A program made the position numbers and the translations under genes. The notes under the pieces are model-generated. The model ran no database searches, was not told the DNA's origin, and saw nothing but the letters and a program-made list of their open reading frames with translations. Shown here in pieces: positions 38,500-49,039 of a stretch of DNA of 64,000 nt (positions within the stretch are counted from its first letter, which is position 1; each line of letters begins with the position of its first letter). The stretch lies in the NCBI GenBank assembly GCA_050506795.1, contig JBJHCF010000001.1, positions 128,001 to 192,000 on the forward strand. The letters run 5' to 3'. This stretch comes from Opitutia bacterium (GTDB taxonomy: Bacteria; Verrucomicrobiota; Verrucomicrobiia; Opitutales; T3Sed10-336).

Positions 38500-41493
38500 A
38501 TGATGAAAAAACCTGCGTTTCCGTGGTGTGTTTTTGCCTCCTTTCTCCTGTACTTAACATTGACCGGCCCCATCACAGCTGCCTCGGCCCCAGGTGATGC
38601 GGAATCGTGGGAGGTGGCGATCACAGTGGAGGAAAGATCCGGTTCGGAGGCGCGCGACCGGATTGTCCGGCGCGGCGTACCCATGGCCCCCGGGGTTTTG
38701 CGGTCGACCGGCAACCTTCAAATGCGCGATGAAAACGGTCGAACGATTCCGTTCCAAACCGATGTTTTGCTTCGGCACGCCGGAGGCGACATCGCCTGGC
38801 TCTCGGTTGCCTTCCGCCCGGAACTGGCTCCGGGCGCCCGGGAGGTCTTCACCTTGGAACCTGGCGGCGAGGGGCCCGATGCTGCCGCCGCGGAACATCG
38901 GGTCCGAATCACTAACGATTCCGAGGTTCGGAGGATGGAAAATGAGAGGCTCAGGGTTGAATTCGGACCCGAAGGGTTGGCACAGATCGTCTTTGACGAT
39001 GTGCCACTTCTGAACGCAAAAGGAGTGGGGCTGGTGGTTGCGGTCGGGGAGGATTCGTACCATTCCTGGCGCCTGACCGGTTTTGAGATTGTCGAGGAGG
39101 GTCCGGTTTTCGCCACCGTCCGCATGTCCGGACCGTTCGACGGCATCGCGGCGGAAGCGGTGTGGGAGTTGACGTTGTCCTCGGGGTCGAACCGGATCGA
39201 ACAGGCGTTTCGCCTGACCTCGAAGGACGATGTCGAATTGAACACCACGGGCATGGTGGTGGGTTTGCGACCGGAGTTTGCCGCCGAAGAGTCGGCATTG
39301 CCGGGTTTAATCCGGTCGCAGACCGGTCTCGATTTCCACGCTTCGGAGCTCGGGAGAAGAATTCACTTTGACGCCCCCGATATCGACCGCTTTCGCGGAG
39401 CGGTCCAAAACCCGGACCATCCGGAGGCTCCCGCCAACGGATTCCTGGTCGAACACGACGCTGATGACCACCGGGTCCTATTCGCTCCTATCCAGTACCG
39501 GGCGCCTTGGATCTGGTTGGATGGGGTCAGCCGAACCACCCGGCTGGATATGATTCTCGGCGCCAACGGTCCGCTTGAATCCAGCGGTCCGCCGGCGGTC
39601 TTCGTCGACCCGGAGCAGTTCGTGAAAGCCGGAGTGCTTCCGACGCGTGAACGCCCGCCCAGCGCCCAACGCGCGGTGGATTGGACCATGGGCGCGTTGA
39701 ACGAACGAGACGGTCATTTCGAAGCGGGCGCTATTCCGCAGTCGATTGTCTTCAACGACGACGGCTCGGTGTGGGTCGGCGGCTCCGCCAGCCGCCCGGG
39801 AGAAACCGTTTACAATCTGTGGTACGTCCAGATGCAGGACGGGTGCCCGGATCTTTTTCGTATGCTGGTTGAGGATACGGAGTCCTGGGCCGATGTGGTG
39901 GTGTACCGGGGAAGCAACGAATTCTTCAATGGCACCGACCGTTACGGAACTCTGGAACAGTACGGGACGTTTCGCTCGCTGACCAGTCATCCGTATTATG
40001 GTGACACGAGTGGGCTGTACCTCTCGTACCTGATGACCGGGGAGCGGTATTTTCGGGATACATTTGAGTTAATGACCCGGTATGCGGTTCGAACGTCCAA
40101 CGAGTATCCAACTTACGGAGACTACCGCGTTCCGCGGCGCTTCACCTGGGACGGCGAATTCGATCCCCGGCCATTTATCGAATCGCGCAACATGATGCAG
40201 GCGCGCGGTCTGGCTTACGCCGAACGGATGTTCGGTGACGACTCCTTCGGCGAGATCGCCGGACAACTGGCTCACTGGGCCCGGCATGTGCAGCATGAAA
40301 AAGGGTTTTGGTACCAGGCTTATTACGATCACGGAGGTCCGCTGACCCAGCGCGCGCTCGATCTTCCGTCGGCCAAAAACTACATCATGCTTTACGGTGT
40401 GCGAGCGGTGGTGTCTTTTTGGGATCACCTGGAGGACAAACGCGCAACCTCCGACGATGGCGAATTGGGTGAAGTGGACCGCGAATCACTGGAAGCGACG
40501 GAAACCGCGCTCATTCGTTTCGCAGACTACCTGCTTGAGGAACAGCAGGAGCATGGGTGGCTGTGGGACCCGATTTCCGATGGCGGTGATTTTGCCGCCA
40601 AAACAAACGAGGATATGCGACGGGGGCAAATGCCTCGTCAGGAAATCATGGCCATCGAAGTTCTTGAGGGGGTGTACCGAATGACGGGCGAAGAACGTTA
40701 CCTGTCGGCGATGCTGGAAATGTTGCGGTACTACCTGGCCATTCAGCAGGAGCAGGGTGGCTGGTCCTCGAGAAACCAGCACCGCGAGCACGAGGACGGC
40801 ACCGTCCAGGGGCCTTTTCTTGGCAATAACACGGCGCAGTTCCTGCGTATCGTTCCACGCTTGCAGCTGCTGATTGAAGCCGAAAGAGAAACCGTGAACG
40901 CTTTGGGTTTCCGTGATGTGGCTGCGGTTCTGTCGGCTGAGGCGAGGGATATTCGTTCGGAGATCGATCATGTTTTCGATAGCCGGGAGGTGGGTTTCAA
41001 TGCTTTCGCGACTCCCGAAGGACGGGTGATTTATCTGGCGAACTACAGCGGATGGATGTCGGGCGACTGGGTGAAAGCAGTCGATTTGCGCGCGGCCGGG
41101 GAGCCGGTGCTTTTTGAGGGAGCCGACAACCGTATCACGCCCAACGGGGTTTGGTTGTCGGGCGAGCTCGATCAGTTCGAACGCTTGTACGCGCGGGAAC
41201 TCCCGGTCACTTTGCGCCCGGAGAACCGGCCCATCGAAGCACGTGTCCTGGAATGCCGGACGAATCTTCTGGAGGTCGATCTCCGGGGCGAGGGCAGTCT
41301 CGATGTGACGATCGGCGACGGGCCTTTTTCGATTGAGGATGGAAAGGCGTACGGCGTCCTTTTTGCCGGACAAGCGATCGGATCGTTGCGGCCCGACGAC
41401 GGAAAAATATCTTTTCGGCTGTCGCTGCCAAGCGAAACCAGGCTGGAACGCCTGACCGTTCGCCCGTTGGCGGCTCCGTCGGGTCCACGTTAG
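38500..41493 (+). CDS. large secreted protein, YetA/exo-rhamnogalacturonan-lyase-like N-terminus plus probable alpha/alpha-toroid domain
   Basis: Signal peptide; GVPMAPG..LQMRDENGRTIPFQ..GDIAW pattern; beta-sandwich (EEGPVFATV); helical repeats (YLMTGERYF, YRMTGEERYL). Confidence 0.6.
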   Translation: MMKKPAFPWCVFASFLLYLTLTGPITAASAPGDAESWEVAITVEERSGSEARDRIVRRGVPMAPGVLRSTGNLQMRDENGRTIPFQTDVLLRHAGGDIAWLSVAFRPELAPGAREVFTLEPGGEGPDAAAAEHRVRITNDSEVRRMENERLRVEFGPEGLAQIVFDDVPLLNAKGVGLVVAVGEDSYHSWRLTGFEIVEEGPVFATVRMSGPFDGIAAEAVWELTLSSGSNRIEQAFRLTSKDDVELNTTGMVVGLRPEFAAEESALPGLIRSQTGLDFHASELGRRIHFDAPDIDRFRGAVQNPDHPEAPANGFLVEHDADDHRVLFAPIQYRAPWIWLDGVSRTTRLDMILGANGPLESSGPPAVFVDPEQFVKAGVLPTRERPPSAQRAVDWTMGALNERDGHFEAGAIPQSIVFNDDGSVWVGGSASRPGETVYNLWYVQMQDGCPDLFRMLVEDTESWADVVVYRGSNEFFNGTDRYGTLEQYGTFRSLTSHPYYGDTSGLYLSYLMTGERYFRDTFELMTRYAVRTSNEYPTYGDYRVPRRFTWDGEFDPRPFIESRNMMQARGLAYAERMFGDDSFGEIAGQLAHWARHVQHEKGFWYQAYYDHGGPLTQRALDLPSAKNYIMLYGVRAVVSFWDHLEDKRATSDDGELGEVDRESLEATETALIRFADYLLEEQQEHGWLWDPISDGGDFAAKTNEDMRRGQMPRQEIMAIEVLEGVYRMTGEERYLSAMLEMLRYYLAIQQEQGGWSSRNQHREHEDGTVQGPFLGNNTAQFLRIVPRLQLLIEAERETVNALGFRDVAAVLSAEARDIRSEIDHVFDSREVGFNAFATPEGRVIYLANYSGWMSGDWVKAVDLRAAGEPVLFEGADNRITPNGVWLSGELDQFERLYARELPVTLRPENRPIEARVLECRTNLLEVDLRGEGSLDVTIGDGPFSIEDGKAYGVLFAGQAIGSLRPDDGKISFRLSLPSETRLERLTVRPLAAPSGPR

Positions 41494-41775
41494 AACTGGT
41501 GGATGCTGACCCGAATTGCTGGGAATGAATGTGTCCTGCCCGGATTGGCACCATTGAGCGGCAGGTTTCGGCGGCTGCGCGGACGTTGTTCCAAGCCCGC
41601 CGGGACCGACGTTGCTTTCTTGATTTCGCCGCGATCGTCGGATTATTGTCTCAGGGGTACGCTTGATGAGAAACCGCGGCAGTCGACGTCCAGAGGTTGG
41701 AGCCACTGTGGTTGAGGAGCTCATTAGTCACTGAGGCAACGAAGCAAAAAAACGGTAACAAGAAAGGCAAGGCAG

Positions 41776-42780
41776 ATGTTAATAAGGAAACTAATGACCA
41801 GGAAGAATATTGGCAGATCCGGCGGACTCGGACTTTTATGTGTTTTCGGTGCCGTGGCTTGCGTTTCGTCTTACTTGACGGCTCCCGATCTCGGAGCGGC
41901 CGATGCGGAAATCGGTCAGGGGCGGCATATCGTCTTTGTTACCGGGGACGAAGAATACCGCTCGGAGGAAACCATGCCGATGCTGGCGCGAATCCTGAAA
42001 AATCGTTATGGATTCGAGGTTACGGTCTGTTACGCGTTATCCGAGGAAGGCTACATTGACCCTAACCGGACGGATAATATCGTGGGTCTTGAGGCCCTGG
42101 GCGAGGCGGATATGATGATCGTGAATACCCGTTTCCGCAGGTTGCCTGATGATCAGTTGCAGCACATCGTAGACTTTGCGGAGTCGGGGAAACCGATCGC
42201 CGGGTTCCGTACCGCGACCCACGCGTTTCGTTATGGCGGGGATCACGCCAACAGTCATATGGATAACGACTGGCCGTTCGCCGTTTTTGGACAGCGTTGG
42301 ATCAGCCACCACGGGGGGGCCAACTCGACCGACGTTCGAATCCTGGAGGAGCGGGCCGATCATCCGGTTCTCCGCGGGGTACAGCCGAGCTTCCATGTTC
42401 GCAGTTGGCTGTATCATGCCTTGCCACTCCATGAAAACGCGGAGCCATTGCTGGTGGGGTATGCGGTGGAAGGAGCGGAGCCCGGGGGGGATCGTTTCGG
42501 AGATCGCCATCCCATCGCCTGGACCCACCGGTACGACGGAGAAAACGGGTCCAGCCGGGTGTTCTTTACCACCATGGGGCACCCGCGTGACTTCTTCGAT
42601 GAATCCATGCGCAAGCTTTCGTTGAACGGCATCTTCTGGGCCCTTGGTCTGGAGGACAAAATTCCGGACCAAGGCGTAAACGCTGACTTCGTCGGCGATT
42701 ACGATCCGAACGACGCCGGCTTCGGCGAACGTTTCAAACAAAACCTCCGCCCGGAGGATATTCCATTGGCGGTCGATTAA
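41776..42780 (+). CDS. ThuA-like (trehalose utilisation, GATase-fold) domain protein
   Basis: GDEEYRSEE, RFRRLP, GFRTATHAF, HPVLRG, PIAWT, RVFFTTMGH; start may be 41794. Confidence 0.82.
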   Translation: MLIRKLMTRKNIGRSGGLGLLCVFGAVACVSSYLTAPDLGAADAEIGQGRHIVFVTGDEEYRSEETMPMLARILKNRYGFEVTVCYALSEEGYIDPNRTDNIVGLEALGEADMMIVNTRFRRLPDDQLQHIVDFAESGKPIAGFRTATHAFRYGGDHANSHMDNDWPFAVFGQRWISHHGGANSTDVRILEERADHPVLRGVQPSFHVRSWLYHALPLHENAEPLLVGYAVEGAEPGGDRFGDRHPIAWTHRYDGENGSSRVFFTTMGHPRDFFDESMRKLSLNGIFWALGLEDKIPDQGVNADFVGDYDPNDAGFGERFKQNLRPEDIPLAVD

Positions 42781-42898
42781 AAACCAGCCCGATGGATCCA
42801 ATCGTTTCCAAAGAACCCTTTTTGTTCGAATGAAGCTCGGTTAAGCAGGTTCGTCATTTGAGAGACCGGATCAAAATCGGAATCGCGCCTCTTCTTCT

Positions 42899-42996
42899 TG
42901 GAGGGCGGCGCTCCCGCGCCGCCGGTGCGGGCAGGATGCCCGCGCTTCCCAGCCGGCGGCCATAGGGGAGCATGGCCCTCCAAGGGGAGGGCCATG
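42899..42996. repeat. REP/REPIN-like cluster of palindromes
   Basis: TGGAGGGCGGCGCTCCCGCGCCGCC, then GCGGGCAGGATGCCCGCGCTTCCCAG, then an inverted related copy ending GCATGGCCCTCCA and a further GGAGGGCCATGC; lies between convergent genes. Confidence 0.6.
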
Positions 42997-43066
42997 CGAG
43001 TTTAGCTATGCTCGTTGGGATTTTAAACGATAAGGTGCTCAACCCGAGCTCCATTCGGGTTGGGGA

Positions 43067-45736
43067 CTACCATTCCGTGCGTTCGTAATCGAACCATTTG
43101 AAGTCGGCGGGCGCCTGACTGGCGCTGCCGTTACCGGTGGCGAACATTCCGAAGTACACGCCCGTGAAGCTCATCCCGCCGCCGGGCGACATGTGTTCGC
43201 TCGACAGTTCCCGGGTTGGCTGCGTACCTAGGGTGACCTCTTCCCCGCCATTCGCCTGATACCGGAATTCGTAGCTGAGAGGTTCGGCGCTGATCGAAAG
43301 AACCACGTCGCCCTCGGGCAGAGGATCGGACGAAAGAACTTCCGTGGCTTCACCGGCCTGCACCTTTCGCAGGAAAGCGTGGCGGGCGCCATCCACCAGC
43401 CGGATTCCGAACAGGGTGTGATGGCTTTCACGGCCGCGCAGCGCCAGACCGGCTTCCTCGTTGTCATTGCTCGGATTGAATGACATCAGCGTGGCGACCT
43501 CGCAACCCAGGGCGGTTTGCCGGCGGCCAAGGAAGGTGGGGGAGGCACGATCCGAGAGATTATGGGCCGATCCGGTCAGACGCAACCAGCCCGGACGCGC
43601 GTCAAACGAATAGTTATCCTCCACCGGGTTGCGGATATACTGCCACCAGGGAGGGAGATCGGCGCTGTCGAATTCCTGGCGAACCGGTTCATCCGGCCAC
43701 GGATGTTCGGGCAGGCGAGGCGCCGGCATGACTTCGGATATGGGTTCGTTGTTATTGACCACCGGCCAGCCGTCCTCATTCCAGGTTACGGGCGCCAGGA
43801 AGGTTTCTCTTCCAATGTGGTGGTAATTGCCGCCCTGGGGCCGGAATCCGAGAAACACCATCCACCATCCGTCCGGGGTTTCCACCATGTCCGAATGGCC
43901 GAGCGCCTGGAACGGGTGATCCGGGAGATGTCTGTGGGTGAGGATCGGATTGTCGGGATTCGCTTCGAAAGGCCCCCAGGGGGAATCGCTTCGGGCCACT
44001 GTGACCATGTGCCCGTAGCTGGTGCCGCCTTCCGAGATTTTCAGGTACCAGGTGTCGTCAACGTGAAAGAGGTGAGGACCCTCGGGCCAGATGCCTCCGG
44101 TTCCTCGCCAGAGTTCGACCATCTCCCCCTCCAGTTGACCGGTTTCCAGGTTCAGAACCTGTTGTCCGGTGAACCCGCGCTCGCCGTCGACCTGCCGATG
44201 GTAGAGGACCGTTCCATCGTCCATGAAATACAGCGACGGATCGATGCCGGCGGCGTCCAGCCAAACCGGATCGGACCAGGGTCCGGCGGGATCCTCGGCG
44301 GTAACGTAAAAATTGCCGCCGCCCCAGACTGAGGTGGTGATCATGTAAAAAAGGCCGTCGTTATAACGAATGGTGGGAGCGAAAATGCCACCCGACGAGG
44401 GAACGTTTCTCAGATCCAACTGTTCGGTCCGGTGGATGGCGTTGCCGATTTGACGCCAGTTGACCAGGTCGCGACTGTGCATGACGAATACCCCGGGGAA
44501 ATACTCGAAGGTACTGTGCACGGTGTAGTAGTCGTCGCCGACCCGAACCAGGCTGGGATCCGCGTGAAAACCCGGCATGACCGGGTTACGGAAGGTGCGC
44601 GCCTCCTCCATGCTTTGATTGAAACGCTGCGCGGTTTCGATTACCGCGTAGTAGGCCGGTTTGGGCTCGCCGTCATGATCGAAAAGCAGCGGATAGTTGG
44701 TACGCCCGCGAATGGGAAAGTTGTGCAGCCAGGTGTCGCGGTCGGTGACGCCCCAGAAAGTGACCCGGTCGATGACGTCCCGGTATTGCAAATACACTTC
44801 AAACAGTTCGGCGTACCGGCGGGCGAGGCGTTCCTGCATTTCATCCGGCAAACCGTCGGCGTAAGGATTGAGCGCGTCGCCTCCTTCTTCGCGGTGGGCG
44901 ATATCGGCGGTCACCGCTTCCGAACGTGACGGAAGCACGTTGATGTCCAGCTCCGTAATCATGACCCGCATACCGAGGTCGGCGAATGCTTCGATGGTAT
45001 CGGCGACAAGTTGCGGCGACGGCCAGTTGAGGTTGCCGTGCCCCTGGATGCCGACTCCGGTGATCGGTACGCCCGCTTCCTGCAGCGTCCTGACGATGCG
45101 GACCACGCCGGCCCGTTTGGCCGGATTTTCGATCGAGTAATCGTTGTAGTAGAGCTCGGCTTCCGGGTCGGCTTCGTGGGCGAACCGAAAGGCGTGTTCG
45201 ATGTAGTCGTCGCCGATTATCCGGCGCCAGGGTGAATTTCGCAGGGTGCCATCCTCGTTCAGCGCCTCGTTGACCACGTCCCAGCCATGGACTCGTCCCT
45301 GGTAGCGTCCGACGACGGTGTGAATGTGGTCGCGCATGCGTTCCAAAAGTGCCTCACGGTCGAGCGGATTGCCGTCGGCATCCTGGAAAACCCATGACGG
45401 AGTCTGTGAGTGCCAGACCAGAGTGTGGCCGACGATAAACATGCCGTGGCGTTCACCGAAATCTACGAAGCTGTCGGTCGGCCCGAAATTGTACTGGCCG
45501 GGCTGGGGATGGATTGGCTGCCACTTCATCGCGTTCTCAGCGGTGATGGTGTTGAACTGGGAACTCACCAGGGGTTCCCGGGCCGGATTCGTTCGGGAAT
45601 GATGGGATGTGTTCAGCGCCGCTCCGATAAGAAAATGCTCTTTATAGGCCTCCTTGAGCGTGGGAACTTCCTCGGAGGAAGCAGTGGAAACTGCTAATGG
45701 AACCAGCATCAGTAGTGAGATCAGGTATTTTTTCAT
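43067..45736 (-). CDS. bifunctional GH10 endo-1,4-beta-xylanase / GH43 beta-xylosidase-arabinofuranosidase
   Basis: Signal peptide. GH10: ENAMKW, GHTLVWH, WDVVNE, YYNDY, ITELD. GH43: HADPS, GIDPS, PEGPH, GRETFL, plus C-terminal ConA-like domain. Confidence 0.95.
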   Translation of the reverse strand: MKKYLISLLMLVPLAVSTASSEEVPTLKEAYKEHFLIGAALNTSHHSRTNPAREPLVSSQFNTITAENAMKWQPIHPQPGQYNFGPTDSFVDFGERHGMFIVGHTLVWHSQTPSWVFQDADGNPLDREALLERMRDHIHTVVGRYQGRVHGWDVVNEALNEDGTLRNSPWRRIIGDDYIEHAFRFAHEADPEAELYYNDYSIENPAKRAGVVRIVRTLQEAGVPITGVGIQGHGNLNWPSPQLVADTIEAFADLGMRVMITELDINVLPSRSEAVTADIAHREEGGDALNPYADGLPDEMQERLARRYAELFEVYLQYRDVIDRVTFWGVTDRDTWLHNFPIRGRTNYPLLFDHDGEPKPAYYAVIETAQRFNQSMEEARTFRNPVMPGFHADPSLVRVGDDYYTVHSTFEYFPGVFVMHSRDLVNWRQIGNAIHRTEQLDLRNVPSSGGIFAPTIRYNDGLFYMITTSVWGGGNFYVTAEDPAGPWSDPVWLDAAGIDPSLYFMDDGTVLYHRQVDGERGFTGQQVLNLETGQLEGEMVELWRGTGGIWPEGPHLFHVDDTWYLKISEGGTSYGHMVTVARSDSPWGPFEANPDNPILTHRHLPDHPFQALGHSDMVETPDGWWMVFLGFRPQGGNYHHIGRETFLAPVTWNEDGWPVVNNNEPISEVMPAPRLPEHPWPDEPVRQEFDSADLPPWWQYIRNPVEDNYSFDARPGWLRLTGSAHNLSDRASPTFLGRRQTALGCEVATLMSFNPSNDNEEAGLALRGRESHHTLFGIRLVDGARHAFLRKVQAGEATEVLSSDPLPEGDVVLSISAEPLSYEFRYQANGGEEVTLGTQPTRELSSEHMSPGGGMSFTGVYFGMFATGNGSASQAPADFKWFDYERTEW

Positions 45737-46227
45737 GGTAGGTTGACGATAGATTTAGAAGGATATTATTGGCTGTTAATCACCACCTATTGACAGGGGC
45801 TGCGATCGGCGGTGCCGATTCGTACTTCATAAAACGGCGATCCGCATTCAGGGATCCATGCTCGCGGGGAATGTGCTGCAGAAATATGATGGTTACCGAA
45901 GCGTCGACCGCCGCGGCGGGAAATGCCGGCGCAAACCGTTCCTTTCCGGACACGGCCAGCGACAGCACACGGCCTGTTGCGACTGATTTGGACGGAATTC
46001 TCATTCGGAGGTTTCGGGTACGGTGGAAATAATTGGAAAGAAGTGCCTGATGGGCGTCGATGGCGGGATGAGTCTAACAATAGACTTTGCGAAGCGTTTA
46101 AGCTGAGGATGAATGGAACTCGGTTAAGGGCGGTGATCGAAACAGTGTTGTCCAACCGTGCCATTCAGGTTAACACCGACCGGAGCACCTCTTCACCCGG
46201 GCACGGCGACACGATCGGTTATTGACC

Positions 46228-48978
46228 TCAATCGCGGGCGGCGGAGGAACCGTCAAGCGCCGCCTGGGCGGCGGCCAGGCGGGCGACCGGGACGCGATGA
46301 GGAGCGCAGCTGACGTAGTCCAGGCCGATTCGGTGAAAGAAACAGATCGAATCGGGATCGCCCCCGTGTTCCCCGCAGATGCCGAGTTTGAGATCGGGCC
46401 GGCCTTTGCGGCCGCGTTTGACGGCCATTTCCACCAGGAATCCGACTCCGATGGTGTCCAGGGTGGCAAAGGGGTTGCCGGCGATAATGTCCAGCTTCTC
46501 GTAGGGCGCCAGAAATGTGGCCGAATCGTCGCGGCTCATCCCGAGGGTTGTCTGGGTGAGATCGTTGGTGCCGAAACTGAAAAACGCGGCATCGCGAGCC
46601 AACTCCTCGGCCGCGATGGCGGCGCGCGGGATTTCGATCATGGTGCCGATGGGGCAGTCGATTTTAAGCCCCGCCTGTTTTCCGATCTCGGTGGCGATTC
46701 GCCGGACGATCTCCGCCTGGTGCTGTAGTTCGCCGGGGAAACCGACCAGAGGGATCATGACTTCCGCCTTTGGTTTGATGCCGAATTCTTTGCGCACCGT
46801 GACGACTGCTTCGAAGAGGGCCCGCGCCTGCATTTCGGTGATTTCCGGAAAGGTGATTCCCAGGCGGCACCCGCGGTGGCCGAGCATGGGATTCTGTTCG
46901 TGCAATTCCCGCAGGCGTTGAGCCAGGGCCTGGTTGGAAAGTCCCAAACGGGAGGCGAGGGCGCCGTCCGGGTTGTCGTGGTCGGGAAGGAACTCATGCA
47001 ACGGCGGATCGAGAAGCCGAACCGTGAGCGGGAGGTCGTTGAGCACCCGCAAGAGTTCAACGAAGTCGGCGCGCTGGAATTTCGCCAGACGCTTCAAGGC
47101 CCGTTCGCGAACCCCGGCGGACGGCGCCAAAATCATTTCCCGCACGTATTCGAGCCGCTTTTCGTGAAAGAACATGTGCTCCGTGCGGCAGAGTCCAATA
47201 CCCTCCGCGCCGAGGGCCACCGCTTCCCGCGCCTGTTCGGGGGTGTCGGCGTTGGCCCGTACTCCCAAACGGCGTTCGCGGTCCGACCAGCGCATGACCC
47301 GGTTGAACGCCTGATAAGGTCCGCTGGCCGCGGGATCGCCTTTGCCGTGGATGACTTGAATGACCTCGGCGGGTTCAGTGTCCAACTCGCCGGCGAACAC
47401 CTCGCCGGTAGTGCCATCGATAGAAATCGTGTCCCCTTCCTTTAACCGAACGTCGTCGGCCCGCATTTCGCGTTTGGCGTAGTCGATGTTGATCCGCGAA
47501 GCGCCGGCCACGCACACCTTTCCCAACTGACGCGCCACCAGGGCGGCGTGAGAGCTGACGCCGCCGCGGGCGGTGAGAATCCCCTCCGCCGCCAGCATGC
47601 CGTGGATGTCCTCCGGCGAGGTTTCGTGACGACAGAGAATCACCTTTTCACCTTTCCGCCCCAGGCGTTCGGCTTCCCGTGAACTGAAGACAATCCTGCC
47701 GGATGCGGCCCCCGGACCCGCGGGAAGTCCGGTCGCGATCACCTTAACTGTCCGTCCGCCATCCCGGCTGAAGACCGGGGTAAGGAGCGTCGATATGGAG
47801 TCAGCGGGGATTCGCTTCAGGGCCGTGGTGGAATTGATGAGGCGCTCCTTGACCATGTCGGTCGCGACTTTGACCGCGGCGAGGCCCGTGCGTTTTCCGT
47901 TGCGGGTCTGCAGCATATGCAGACGGTCGTCCTCGATCGTGAACTCGAAATCCTGCAGATCGCGAAAGTGGCGTTCCAGCTTTCGGGCCAGTTTCTCCAG
48001 TTGCCGATGGGCCTCCGGCATATCTTGCGCCAGTTCGGCGATCGCCTTAGGTGTGCGGATACCGGCGACCACGTCCTCGCCCTGGGCGTTAAGCAGGTAT
48101 TCACCGTAAAGCGACTTTTCGCCGGTGGCGGGGTTTCGGGTGAAGGCAACTCCGGTTCCCGAGCGGCTTCCCCGGTTGCCGAACACCATGGCCTGCACAT
48201 TCACCGCCGTTCCCCATTCGCGGGGAATGCTGTACTTCCTTCGATACACCACCGCCCGTTCGCTTTCCCATGACGCGAAAACGGAGCCAATCGATTCCCG
48301 CAACTGTTCCCAGACATCCTGAGGGAAAGGCAATCCGGTGATACGTTTTATCAGAGTTTTGTATCCTTCAATCAGCCCGGCCAGTTCCTCCGCTTCGAGT
48401 TCGGCGTCGGTTTCGACCCCGGCACGGGTCCTGGCTTTCCCCAGGATTTCATCAAATGGGTCTTCCGAATGATCGTCGTTCGGACGGACGCCCATAACCA
48501 CGTCGCCGTACATTTGTATGAACCGACGATAGCAGTCACGGGCGAAGCGGGGATCTTCGGTTTCGCGGGCCAGGCCCTCTACGGTTTTATCGTTGAGACC
48601 CAGGTTTAGAATCGTGTCCATCATGCCGGGCATGGAGGAGCGGGCGCCGGATCGAACGGAGAGCAGCAACGGATTGTCGGGGTCGCCAAAACGGCGGCCG
48701 GTTTGCGCTTCGAGGTCGCCTACCGCGTCACGGACATCCCGATACAAGTCGTCCGGCAAGGTGCGACCGTTTTCATGATAAAGGTTGTAGACCTCGGTGG
48801 TCAGCGTGAACCCGGGCGGGACCGGCAATCCGATGCGCGCCATTTCGGCCAGGTTCGCGCCTTTCCCGCCAAGCAGGGCGGCTTGTGCGCCGTCGCCGTC
48901 GGTTTTTTTTCCGAAGCGGTAAATCAGTTTCGGTTTGCGGTGCCGGGCGGCGGGTTTTTTATTTTTGGATTTTCCCAT
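46228..48978 (-). CDS. ppdK: pyruvate, phosphate dikinase
   Basis: LGGKGANL, SVRSGA..SMPGMMDT, QGEDVV, ETSPED, SSHAA, GLCRTEHMF, FGTNDL, GICGEHGG; alternative ATG at 49038. Confidence 0.97.
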   Translation of the reverse strand: MGKSKNKKPAARHRKPKLIYRFGKKTDGDGAQAALLGGKGANLAEMARIGLPVPPGFTLTTEVYNLYHENGRTLPDDLYRDVRDAVGDLEAQTGRRFGDPDNPLLLSVRSGARSSMPGMMDTILNLGLNDKTVEGLARETEDPRFARDCYRRFIQMYGDVVMGVRPNDDHSEDPFDEILGKARTRAGVETDAELEAEELAGLIEGYKTLIKRITGLPFPQDVWEQLRESIGSVFASWESERAVVYRRKYSIPREWGTAVNVQAMVFGNRGSRSGTGVAFTRNPATGEKSLYGEYLLNAQGEDVVAGIRTPKAIAELAQDMPEAHRQLEKLARKLERHFRDLQDFEFTIEDDRLHMLQTRNGKRTGLAAVKVATDMVKERLINSTTALKRIPADSISTLLTPVFSRDGGRTVKVIATGLPAGPGAASGRIVFSSREAERLGRKGEKVILCRHETSPEDIHGMLAAEGILTARGGVSSHAALVARQLGKVCVAGASRINIDYAKREMRADDVRLKEGDTISIDGTTGEVFAGELDTEPAEVIQVIHGKGDPAASGPYQAFNRVMRWSDRERRLGVRANADTPEQAREAVALGAEGIGLCRTEHMFFHEKRLEYVREMILAPSAGVRERALKRLAKFQRADFVELLRVLNDLPLTVRLLDPPLHEFLPDHDNPDGALASRLGLSNQALAQRLRELHEQNPMLGHRGCRLGITFPEITEMQARALFEAVVTVRKEFGIKPKAEVMIPLVGFPGELQHQAEIVRRIATEIGKQAGLKIDCPIGTMIEIPRAAIAAEELARDAAFFSFGTNDLTQTTLGMSRDDSATFLAPYEKLDIIAGNPFATLDTIGVGFLVEMAVKRGRKGRPDLKLGICGEHGGDPDSICFFHRIGLDYVSCAPHRVPVARLAAAQAALDGSSAARD

Positions 48979-49039
48979 CACTCTTGATTCCCAACGTTCT
49001 CGATATTGTCCGTTTCCGGTCGCGCGGAGGAGCGCCATT

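Noticed and set aside
45737..46227. 490-bp intergenic region as ncRNA/riboswitch or small ORFs
   Set aside because: No recognisable RNA family or convincing protein; most simply the xylanase promoter region.
47548..47556. PPDK regulatory Thr replaced by Ser (GGVSSH vs GGMTSH)
   Set aside because: Conservative, still phosphorylatable substitution with the catalytic His intact; probably a lineage variant.
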